DNA from: a virus
Virus record (IMG/VR): IMGVR_UViG_3300050821_018050
Span: 64,001 to 128,000 of that record
Reading direction: 5' to 3' (one strand)
Length of the DNA stretch: 64,000 nucleotides
The notes below the pieces were generated by a model, which made no database searches, was not told the DNA's origin, and saw only the letters and a list, made by a program, of their open reading frames with translations. Positions within the stretch are counted from its first letter, which is position 1, and every line of letters begins with the position of its first letter. This document shows, one piece after another, positions 9,958 to 18,389 of the stretch. Position numbers and translations under genes: made by a program.

Positions 9958-10983
9958 GGAAAATCTCGAAACAGTACTCGACTTTAGAATATTGATAAGG
10001 AATATCATAGGAAGTCATCCATGCCCAACCCCCAATGTCAAATACATCCAAGTAAAATGAACTATCATCAATTAACTCATCTATATATTTCATTTAAAAT
10101 AAATCACGTATTGAAGTCTGAAACCAAGTACCTGGCCTCCGTATAAAGTAATCCACCTGTATGTTTTCGATCCCCGAAACTCTTCTACGATGTGATAAGT
10201 AGCATTATCCATTTTCGGGCACCTCTTTGAAAGAGATTTCCATTCTGTAGGTCCAGGTAGCTAATGGTCCAAGTGCCCAGTCTCCATGGGTGCCTATATT
10301 TACGGTACCCCAGTCGTAAATACGATCACCAGGGACTTCGTAACAATGAATTCCGCGTTTATGTACAGAAGGATATAGGTCATTGACCCATTTGTCCCAT
10401 CCTGCCCAGCTTCCCGTGGTTTTAATTTTTTTCATTTCTTAAGCAGTTTCTTTTTGGTTTTGGCCAATTGATCCGCAGCACAAAATAGTGTGTATTTGAA
10501 AGTTAGAATCGTCGCAATAGAAGTCATCACGGTAGCTATTATGATTTGCGATGCCACAGAATTTAATTTCTTTTTCACTCTTATATAATACCATTATTTT
10601 AGATCGATTCTGATATAATTTGTTTGCCATTCGTTTTCATTCGCACAAACCACATACGCGATAGCAGTTACGCCCCCTCCGCGTCGAACAACTGGTAAAA
10701 CAATGTAGTCTATTTTCTTGCCCGCATCCACGCTTTGTTCCTTTCAACTTGGTGCATGACCCAAAATTCACCACAACCCATTTCAATTATAATAACGCCA
10801 ATAGGGGTGACCACAGATATTGAAGTCAACCCTACGTGAAAATAGTATGCTTTAAAGTTATCTAATTGGTCCATATTTCCCAAATTTCAAGATTATCGGT
10901 AGTCCAAAAAATAGTAGGAGTAGCATTTAGTAAAACTATTTTTTGAATTACGGGATTGACGGGAGCCCAATAGTAATTTTTCA

Positions 10984-11178
10984 CTATTCCGCAATTCTTT
11001 CAGCTTCCAGAGAGAACTCATTCATTTCATCTAAGAATTGAGCCATTGGATCAATGGTACATTTAAAATTAGGATTCGTATTATCGACGATAAGATAAAG
11101 CTTACCAGCGCGAGGAGACAATTCAGGAGCGTCATTGCAAACTACCAAAGTATTATTAACGTATTTATGAGTGATCAT
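10984..11178 (-). CDS. Hypothetical protein, 64 aa, own promoter and strong SD
   Basis: SD AAGAGGT upstream; promoter TTTACA-17-TATTCT. Confidence 0.7.
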   Translation of the reverse strand: MITHKYVNNTLVVCNDAPELSPRAGKLYLIVDNTNPNFKCTIDPMAQFLDEMNEFSLEAERIAE

Positions 11179-11196
11179 GGGTTACCTCTTAATAAA

Positions 11197-11225
11197 AGAA
11201 TACCATACTAAAATAGGAATGTAAA
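11197..11225 (-). promoter_or_regulatory. sigma70-type promoter TTTACA-17-(TGg)TATTCT with short SD-containing leader
   Basis: Reverse complement of 11197-11225; extended -10 TG present. Confidence 0.7.
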
Positions 11226-11442
11226 GAAAATTATCGCAGGACCGACATTTTTCTGGCATATGACATTAAACGAATTCTCACTACTATTTCACCCTCTTCT
11301 AAATACGTAGTATAACTGCATAATTTATTTTCTTTCCAATTTAAGCTAGAAGATTTTGCCATTTGATGATAGAAATCTGACGCCACTTCGTCTTCTTCCG
11401 GGCTCCGCTCGATGCGAATATAAATACCGGTATGATCAATCA

Positions 11443-11952
11443 TTATAATAGATTCCAATCTAATTCGGGATTCTTGGGCTTTTTACTCAAAGGTTTAACT
11501 GAAAAGATTACATCACCATTATCTGGAGCCGCGACGATTAACTCATAGTTTGTGTTATGCTGAGCGAATATGTTTTTCAAATCACAGGCACTGATATAAA
11601 ATAGCATTTGCGACATTGGCCCTTCTACATAAATAGGCATAAGATCTGTGCCAAGGGCACCATTAATAGCGTAAACACTGCAATTCCACAATCCCTTAAC
11701 CTTTAGAGGATTGCCATGGCGATCTTCGAAGTCGAACTCGGTACCACCAAATCCATTTTCATTCTTAGCGTTATGGCCATAAATCTGTTTAAACGGATGG
11801 GAATCATGGCTACCGATGTAAATTGTTTCTAATTCATTGATCTTACTTGTTTCATAATGAAACGGCAAAGTTACTTGATCCACTTCTAAGGTGATTTTAG
11901 GTTCGGCCAACTGACCCTCCTGCATGTCGATCTCTATGTTTTTAATTATCAT
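11443..11952 (-). CDS. Hypothetical protein, 169 aa
   Basis: ORF track; upstream GGAAAG. Confidence 0.7.
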   Translation of the reverse strand: MIIKNIEIDMQEGQLAEPKITLEVDQVTLPFHYETSKINELETIYIGSHDSHPFKQIYGHNAKNENGFGGTEFDFEDRHGNPLKVKGLWNCSVYAINGALGTDLMPIYVEGPMSQMLFYISACDLKNIFAQHNTNYELIVAAPDNGDVIFSVKPLSKKPKNPELDWNLL

Positions 11953-12254
11953 TTTTTGCTTTCCAAAGAGATTCTCTTAATACTAATTTTGATCCAATTG
12001 AGAAACGCCAGGGAGCATTCCCTTGCCTAATATAATCGTCGGTCATTATCGAGTCCATAAACTGCATAAAAGAATTTTCATCAAGGTAAAAATGAAACCA
12101 CATTATTTTAACCCTCGAAGATATATTTTTGAGTTATTGGTGTCACCCTCTAAAAACCAGTCAATAGTATTATTTAGATGAGGTACATCCCCAGCACAAC
12201 AATCTTGGAATATGCCATAAAAGGCATTTTCTTCTACGCTAAATACATAAGTTT

Positions 12255-12434
12255 TCATACTGAAAGAATCTCGATAATCGGTTTTTCATCCAAACCAACT
12301 CTCCATTCGACTTTATAAACAGAAGACTTGCGAGATGTTTCTATAATTCCTTCTCTGATATAGTCTGTCACAGCAAAAGTCCATTTAACCGTAAACTGAT
12401 CTAAAGATACTTCGCCGTATTGCCATTCAACCAT
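12255..12434 (-). CDS. Leaderless micro-protein, 59 aa (MVEWQYGEVSLDQFTVKWTF...)
   Basis: Translated by hand. ATG is 7 nt after TAGAAT. ATGA-coupled to the next ORF. Confidence 0.6.
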   Translation of the reverse strand: MVEWQYGEVSLDQFTVKWTFAVTDYIREGIIETSRKSSVYKVEWRVGLDEKPIIEILSV

Positions 12435-12441
12435 TCATTAA

Positions 12442-12470
12442 ATTCTAGCATAATTAAAATCAGAAGTCAA
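12442..12470 (-). promoter_or_regulatory. sigma70-type promoter TTGACT-17-(TGc)TAGAAT
   Basis: Reverse complement of 12442-12470. Confidence 0.75.
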
Positions 12471-12478
12471 GGAATTTA

Positions 12479-12487
12479 TGGTATACT
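12479..12487 (+). promoter_or_regulatory. Extended -10 promoter TGgTATACT for leaderless ORF 12494
   Basis: TGGTATACT accatt ATG (6 nt); no good -35 box. Confidence 0.6.
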
Positions 12488-12493
12488 ACCATT

Positions 12494-12736
12494 ATGAAAC
12501 AAGTAACAGTTAATGCAGTACATTTTAAATCAAGTGGAGATGTAGAATCCACAAAATCAACCCGCCATCAATTGGGATACCGATTGGACGTAAGCGCAAC
12601 CAATGATTATCCTTATGATAAATATGAGTTGACTTACGGGGAAAAGCCTGGAACTACAACTCTTTTAGTTAAAAATAATAAAGAGCAGCTCCTGGCTAAA
12701 TACGAACTCGTCCCAGACGAAGATCAACCCGAATAA
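12494..12736 (+). CDS. Hypothetical protein, 80 aa, leaderless
   Basis: ORF track; ATG is 6 nt after TATACT. Confidence 0.7.
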   Translation: MKQVTVNAVHFKSSGDVESTKSTRHQLGYRLDVSATNDYPYDKYELTYGEKPGTTTLLVKNNKEQLLAKYELVPDEDQPE

Positions 12737-12738
12737 CT

Positions 12739-12747
12739 CCTAATATT
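12739..12747 (+). promoter_or_regulatory. Putative late promoter motif CCTAATATT
   Basis: Recurrent 9-mer upstream of a structural gene. Confidence 0.7.
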
Positions 12748-12792
12748 ACCTATGCTGTTCTGGGGCAACTCTTATCCCACATTTGTGGGCAA

Positions 12793-15228
12793 ATGAATCC
12801 CCGGTTTTCACTCTATCATATGGTAATATCAGACACAAATTCAGACCAGTACAAATGGGTGCGCCAGTTTATCAGCGATTTCATCGGTGGTGAGAACGCT
12901 GACGCATTCCTATTGTCATTGGCGGACGAGCACCAAAATCTTTCCAACCTGTCTGTTGCTGTTAACAATTCCTTAACAATTTCAATGTCCGGTGGGGAAT
13001 ACCTCGATCGAGTATTAGCTGGCTATGGCATCACCCGTCCAGCAGACCTTGGTCTATCTGACGATGCCTTCCGCAAGATCGGTATCGCGATCAATGCACA
13101 AAAACAGATCACTGACGTAATTCACACGATCTTAGAGATCTTCTTCGGGGAAGAGTCAGTCCGCGCATACGCTCAGTCTACAGTGGCAGGCCCATATGCA
13201 TTCGAAGATGGCGACGAACTATTCGTCGAACTCGAAAACGGCACAATCTATAACATCCCATTTGACTTGACTAATTTTACCGACCCCAGCCAAGTTTCCG
13301 CGCAGGAAGCTAGCGATGTGATCACTAGGTTTTTCTCAAGCCAAAGCTTAAACGCATATTCCAAGGTTTACACCGATTCATCTACGCAGCTCCAATACGT
13401 TAGAATATTCGGATCAGCCAAGGGGCCATACTCGTTAGTGCAAATCCAGGGTGGTCGCGTGCAATCAGTAATGCAGTTCCCAGACATGCGCCCAACTGAA
13501 TTAGCGGTAAACACTACTGTGTGGCAAGTGACGAGAAACGTATCTTCCACGATCCGATTCAGATGGTATTCAGGTCCTAAGCCAGCGCTCGAATCTTTAT
13601 TCCCAAATGATATAGCTAATATATTTGGTCAACCATTCGTATTAGCAGGTATCGACGGATCATTCCCGATCACGAACGTCAGAGCAGCCGGGGTTTCACC
13701 AGAAGTTGACTCAGGCTATTTCGAAGTATCGATCCCGGAATTAAGCGGCCTAAATTCTATCCAAGTAGACACAATACCTCCACCTAATTCAGGCGGCAAT
13801 ATCTATTCTTTCCTCGTCAACCAAGGTGCCTACGAAGATCTAACCTTCTTCGCACCAAAGAAGAACGTACCTTACGGTCAAAGCCGATTCGCATTAGCAT
13901 TCGAAGCAGTGAGCGGTACCCTACAAATTTACTTACCAGCAACCACCCAAGTCGTAGAACGCGCTTTGACCGGTGGGATGCATATGCACATGAAATATAC
14001 CGAACAAGATCTCGACGGTACTTTCGGTTCAAGTTTAACGAACGATACCAAAAACCAAATTATTATCATCTCTGACATGGCGTTCAAATACCCAGCTTTG
14101 GGTTATGACATGGATTCAACAGGTGGGGAAGTGACTATCAATGCACCAAGCCCTTACACTATTCCAGTCAACTATTGTTTCAGAGAACAAGGCTACACCA
14201 CCGTAGTCTGCGCACAGCCACATGGTCTACCTGACCAATCGTGGAGCCCAAACACAAATTACTCAATCGGAAACATCGCCTACTACCAAGGAGCTACTTA
14301 TCAGGCGCTCCAAGCTACAGGTCCATTAAGTATGGTTGAACCTCCAGCAGACAATCCCGTCTTCTGGCAATTCCAGGAGTATAGCCAAAATTATTCGGAC
14401 TATACTATCACACTCGACGTAGATTTCGTTGAATCAGATGATCCTGCTAACCCATTTCTGGGGAGCTACATCGTAGACCCAGCAGCCGGTTACGCATTAA
14501 CATCTGATATGGTAACGACTAGAGAAGCATTAAGAGCTGGCCAAAGGAAGAGTACATTGTACTGCCAAGGCGAACTCCCAAATGCTGCAGGTATTTTGTT
14601 ATTCGGTTTAAACACTGACCAACAAGAAGGACCAGTCAATTACTTCGGTGCCCAAGTCGCGGGCGCTGCAACAGCTATCCCATTAACTTCAGCTTCCCAA
14701 GTCGGTACTACCATAACGGTGGTCACGACCCAAACCAATGGAGCAATCCCTGGTTCAACTGTAGTTATTGCCGGTACAGGAACACCTATCGACGGTACGT
14801 ATGTGGTTACTAACGTTATCAGTCCAACTGTATATCAATGCACAGCAGGAAGCCCAGGCATTTATTCATCGGTTGGAGTTGGTACGAGCACCACCCAAGT
14901 GAATGGGGTTACATCGACTTTACTGATCGACCCTTCATACTCATTTAAGTATGACCACGCAATCGCAACCGACGTTACGGTACTATCGAGCCAATTCGCT
15001 TATGTACCAGCCCCTGACGGTTCAGATTATTCACCTTATATCACAGGTTCACCAGACGGACGCATTTATTGCCAAAGCCTGATAGACCAGATTGTAGCGT
15101 GCGGCATTAATCTGAATATCACAGTGGTATATCCTGGATCAACGGGTGTAGGTAATGATACGGATGGCACATTGGCAACGTCTGTTCCACAAAACGACAT
15201 TGTTTGGATTTACGGTGGGGACACATAG
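12793..15228 (+). CDS. Baseplate wedge protein, P2 gpI-like N-terminus with beta-rich extension (start may be 12820)
   Basis: GEYLDRVLAGYGITRPADLGLSDDAFRK resembles gpI-type wedge proteins. It has a CBM5/12-like module (WSPNTNYSIGNIAYYQGATYQAL...PVFW) and is the next structural gene after the J-like gene. Confidence 0.65.
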   Translation: MNPRFSLYHMVISDTNSDQYKWVRQFISDFIGGENADAFLLSLADEHQNLSNLSVAVNNSLTISMSGGEYLDRVLAGYGITRPADLGLSDDAFRKIGIAINAQKQITDVIHTILEIFFGEESVRAYAQSTVAGPYAFEDGDELFVELENGTIYNIPFDLTNFTDPSQVSAQEASDVITRFFSSQSLNAYSKVYTDSSTQLQYVRIFGSAKGPYSLVQIQGGRVQSVMQFPDMRPTELAVNTTVWQVTRNVSSTIRFRWYSGPKPALESLFPNDIANIFGQPFVLAGIDGSFPITNVRAAGVSPEVDSGYFEVSIPELSGLNSIQVDTIPPPNSGGNIYSFLVNQGAYEDLTFFAPKKNVPYGQSRFALAFEAVSGTLQIYLPATTQVVERALTGGMHMHMKYTEQDLDGTFGSSLTNDTKNQIIIISDMAFKYPALGYDMDSTGGEVTINAPSPYTIPVNYCFREQGYTTVVCAQPHGLPDQSWSPNTNYSIGNIAYYQGATYQALQATGPLSMVEPPADNPVFWQFQEYSQNYSDYTITLDVDFVESDDPANPFLGSYIVDPAAGYALTSDMVTTREALRAGQRKSTLYCQGELPNAAGILLFGLNTDQQEGPVNYFGAQVAGAATAIPLTSASQVGTTITVVTTQTNGAIPGSTVVIAGTGTPIDGTYVVTNVISPTVYQCTAGSPGIYSSVGVGTSTTQVNGVTSTLLIDPSYSFKYDHAIATDVTVLSSQFAYVPAPDGSDYSPYITGSPDGRIYCQSLIDQIVACGINLNITVVYPGSTGVGNDTDGTLATSVPQNDIVWIYGGDT

Positions 15229-15447
15229 ATGACTAGATTTGTATATCTTTCATTATACATGAGAACGATGTACAGCTTATACGATTTGTTAGAAAAGGTT
15301 TATATGTACGACACCACTTCAATGCTTATTACTCAGCGCAACATCACAGGAGTAACTAAGTTCTATGAAGCTTTGCGTTTAATCAACCTCAAAGGCGATC
15401 TAAGAAAGACTATGCCAATGATCGGTCAGACTATGGGGAGTTGCTAG
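15229..15447 (+). CDS. Hypothetical protein, 72 aa
   Basis: ATG directly follows the upstream TAG. Confidence 0.45.
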   Translation: MTRFVYLSLYMRTMYSLYDLLEKVYMYDTTSMLITQRNITGVTKFYEALRLINLKGDLRKTMPMIGQTMGSC

Positions 15448-15473
15448 ATTTACAGCGAATTTAGTGATAAGGT

Positions 15474-16277
15474 ATGAATATGAATAAATCTAAATGGACG
15501 TTAGAAGCATGCAAAGAAGATGCCCTTAAGTATACATCACGATGGGCATGGAATAAAGCTTCTAATAATCGGCCATACAAGACCGCTCGCGTTAATGGAT
15601 GGCTGGATATTTGCTGTGCGCATATGCCTCAAATTAATAAGCCACCAAATTACTGGACCATAAAAGAAAATTGTATTATTGATGCACATAAATTTAACGA
15701 TAGAACAATATGGCAAATTACTTCGCACTCAGCCTATAAAAGCGCATGCGATAACGGCTGGCTGAGTGAATGTACGATGCATATGATAGACAAGATTAAG
15801 CCAAAAGGGACATGGACTTTGCAGACTTGTAAGATCGATGCAAAGATATACAAAACTATTTCTGCATGGCAAGAGGGGTCTCCTTCTGGATATCAAACTG
15901 CGTTTAAAAGAGGATGGCTAGCAGAATGTTCTGAGCACATGACGAAGAGCTGTTTATCTAGGCCGGAACAAAGCCTTAGAGAAGAAATTAAAGCATTATA
16001 TCCTAATGCTGATTCCAAATTTTTCACCCAAAACGGTAAAAGAATGCAATTGGATATTTATATACCGGAACTTAATAAAGGTATTGAATTTAATGGGGAT
16101 TATTGGCATGGCGAAGGAATGATCAGACAAGGAATTAACCCTCATCAATATCATGCAAACAAGAAACAATTTTTCCAGTCAATTAATATTAGTTACATAG
16201 AAATTTGGGAATCCGAATGGAATACCAATAAAGATCTTTGCTTAAGCAAAGCGAAGGAGTTTTTATTCAATCCGTAA
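15474..16277 (+). CDS. Free-standing homing endonuclease-like protein: three W-C-HM repeats plus C-terminal Vsr/DUF559-like PD-(D/E)xK nuclease
   Basis: Three repeats of WTxxxCxxDAxxY/F...W...AxxxGWLxxCxxHM, then SRPE...LDIYIPELNKGIEFNGDYWHG...IEIWESEW. Confidence 0.75.
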   Translation: MNMNKSKWTLEACKEDALKYTSRWAWNKASNNRPYKTARVNGWLDICCAHMPQINKPPNYWTIKENCIIDAHKFNDRTIWQITSHSAYKSACDNGWLSECTMHMIDKIKPKGTWTLQTCKIDAKIYKTISAWQEGSPSGYQTAFKRGWLAECSEHMTKSCLSRPEQSLREEIKALYPNADSKFFTQNGKRMQLDIYIPELNKGIEFNGDYWHGEGMIRQGINPHQYHANKKQFFQSINISYIEIWESEWNTNKDLCLSKAKEFLFNP

Positions 16278-16756
16278 TACGCACAGGTGCCCGATTGCAG
16301 TTAAAGGTGTATGATGGCAATGAAGAACGACTAATAGGTTATTGCACGGCTATTAACTATACAGTAAGTTCCGGCCAGAAATCCATTTATGTGGTCGACA
16401 GTCCATTCCCAGCAGAAATCGCGCAGGGGGCTGGCCCATCGCAGGTACGTGGCTCGATGACCATCTACATGCTTCAGAACACAACGCCTGAGATCTTAGG
16501 CTTAGTTCCATTCCGCACATCAGGCACTGCCGCTTCAGGTGACCTGTCGCCTAGCCCAGGTGACTCAACCAATATGTTCAACATGGCATATTCGAAATCA
16601 ATTTTCTTACGTTTGTATGACCGCAATAGTGGGACTCTATTTACTTCACTCGATTACCTAAAAGTCGGATCATACTCCGTAGCAGTGACTGCCAAAGGGA
16701 TCGTAAAGGCTGATTTAGCTTTTGAGGCTCGTTACGCGACTCCTGGCCAAGGATAA
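16265..16756 (+). CDS. Tail tube-like / tube-initiator protein; probable ATT start
   Basis: RTGARLQLKV...LIGYCTAINYTVSSGQKSIYVVDSPFPAEIAQG resembles myophage tube-fold proteins. SD AAGGAG (16254-16259) sits 5 nt before an in-frame ATT at 16265. Confidence 0.6.
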   Translation: MQSVIRTGARLQLKVYDGNEERLIGYCTAINYTVSSGQKSIYVVDSPFPAEIAQGAGPSQVRGSMTIYMLQNTTPEILGLVPFRTSGTAASGDLSPSPGDSTNMFNMAYSKSIFLRLYDRNSGTLFTSLDYLKVGSYSVAVTAKGIVKADLAFEARYATPGQG

Positions 16757-16952
16757 TAGCAAAACAAAGTTCGTTAGTTGAATAACTCATGCCTTGACCA
16801 ATTGAATAAATAAATAGAATTACTGCAGTAATCAAAACTTGACCAACTTCTCCAATACCTTTGGATTCAATAAATTTAAAACTTATGAAATACACTGGTA
16901 ATTGCAATGATAATCCTACAATCCATCTTAAAACTTTTTGGAATTTGCTCAT
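16641..16952 (-). CDS. Small membrane protein (two predicted TM helices), leaderless
   Basis: Hydrophobic stretches WIVGLSLQLPVYFISF and VLITAVILFIYSIG. ATG is 6 nt after TAGGAT. The 3' end overlaps the tube-like gene. Confidence 0.65.
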   Translation of the reverse strand: MSKFQKVLRWIVGLSLQLPVYFISFKFIESKGIGEVGQVLITAVILFIYSIGQGMSYSTNELCFAIILGQESRNEPQKLNQPLRSLWQSLLRSMIRLLGNRVK

Positions 16953-16958
16953 ACCCTA

Positions 16959-16987
16959 ATCCTATCATCGCCAAGCGTTTTTGTCAA
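16959..16987 (-). promoter_or_regulatory. sigma70-type promoter TTGACA-17-(TGa)TAGGAT (leaderless)
   Basis: Reverse complement reads TTGACA aaaacgcttggcgatga TAGGAT tagggt ATG. Confidence 0.8.
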
Positions 16988-17428
16988 TAATTCTTTCTTC
17001 GACGGAAAAGCATCAACGTGATGGCCCACTATTCAATAAGTTACGGTACGAAGACTGAGCAGCGTCCTCAACTCGCAAACGACTCCAGTAATGTAATTGA
17101 TAATTGGGATAAATTTCGTCGTCCCATTGCTGTTCCCAATCTATCTCTATGTAATAATTAGTGTAATAAATATTATCCAATGCCGTAATCCTCCACCGTA
17201 AATGTGTAAACGTGCCACGGGCGAATGCCAATGCGCGGATAGCACAAAAGACCTGACCTATCTTGAATCCAGAAGTGTGTTATCATTTGTACCCATTATT
17301 CATTATAACTTGCAGCCAGTTAGTGTTCCAATAAAATTCGCCCACTTGAAATACTTTGAGGTATTCCAAAGATCCGGTGGCCCGCTCTCCACGACGATTG
17401 ATCAAGTCAATTTTAAATGTGTATTTAA

Positions 17429-17584
17429 TCACCATTCTTTACATCGCAATCTACTATAAACTATAACCATATCAACACTACTGTATTCATATACACGCCA
17501 TTGTCGGTTAGCCCATTCATGGCACCACTTACGATATTCACGCAGTTCCTGGTGCGATTGAAATAACAAGAAAAATTCGATCAT
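17429..17584 (-). CDS. Micro-protein, 51 aa (MIEFFLLFQSHQELREYRKWCHEW...)
   Basis: Hand-translated; ATGA overlap upstream, GTGA overlap downstream. Confidence 0.6.
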   Translation of the reverse strand: MIEFFLLFQSHQELREYRKWCHEWANRQWRVYEYSSVDMVIVYSRLRCKEW

Positions 17585-17715
17585 AAATTATAACTCAAGA
17601 AATAACGGCCATACGTGGACGCGCCCATAGTCCAACTCATTCTATTAGATAACCACACTTTGCGGAAGCTTTCGAACTCGTGCTCACTATCGAATTGCAC
17701 ATAAATTAAGATCAT
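17581..17715 (-). CDS. Micro-protein, 44 aa (MILIYVQFDSEHEFESFRKVW...)
   Basis: Hand-translated; TAATG and ATGA overlaps; resembles the neighbouring ORF 17429-17584. Confidence 0.6.
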   Translation of the reverse strand: MILIYVQFDSEHEFESFRKVWLSNRMSWTMGASTYGRYFLSYNL

Positions 17716-18152
17716 TAATAAATCCTGTTAGCAAATGAAATATACTTAAATGGCACTATGACTATGTGTTTCCCCAAATATTCTTCTGATGCCGCTGAAA
17801 TACTCCAGCCATGATCAGGTAAACTCAATAAAAAATCCGCATCATGGGCTTTATAGTCCATCAAAATATAAATCACAAAACCACCAAAAAGCAATAGCGA
17901 TTTCTAGTAACAAGAAGCATTTTTTCATAAGACTCTAGCGCCGCCAGAACATTTTTAGTGGCAGACCAATAATTTAAGTCACATGGGTGCAGAAAATCTG
18001 AGTCAATGTAATAGCAAGCATATTTGAATTCAGTCATTTGCCGTTTACCACTATGCTATAATGGCTATCGGTCAGGAAAAAGTAATTGATATTGCTGTAG
18101 ATTATATAAAGCAGATCGCTACTGACCATATAACTGTCGACCCTATAATTGT

Positions 18153-18389
18153 TCATTCATCCACCATTACGACGACCGGCTGGTAGCCTACGAAACAAAA
18201 ATGGATTGCTCTTTCAATATCATTTGGCGTGCCGCTAGGGACTTTCGCAATCCAATCCAAATACTCTTTCTTATCGTCAAAAGCCTTTTTACATTCTTCA
18301 AACGTTGAATACATGTTTTCGTCAGCGAGTTTAGCGTGAGACCACCGATCGTCCATGTATACGAATTTCAAGAACGTTTTGGCTTTCAT
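18153..18389 (-). CDS. Hypothetical protein, 78 aa
   Basis: ORF track. Confidence 0.6.
   Translation of the reverse strand: MKAKTFLKFVYMDDRWSHAKLADENMYSTFEECKKAFDDKKEYLDWIAKVPSGTPNDIERAIHFCFVGYQPVVVMVDE

Larger units (their letters stand above)
8679..12434 (-). other. Micro-ORF array 1 (about 20 chained small ORFs)
   Basis: Successive ORFs overlap stop/start (e.g. 8978/8981, 12255/12258). Promoters at 9929-9957, 11197-11225 and 12442-12470. Confidence 0.75.

Noticed and set aside
15474-16277. Group I intron or intein hosting the endonucleases
   Set aside because: Both endonuclease ORFs lie between complete genes. There is too little flanking sequence for an intron core and no intein motifs.
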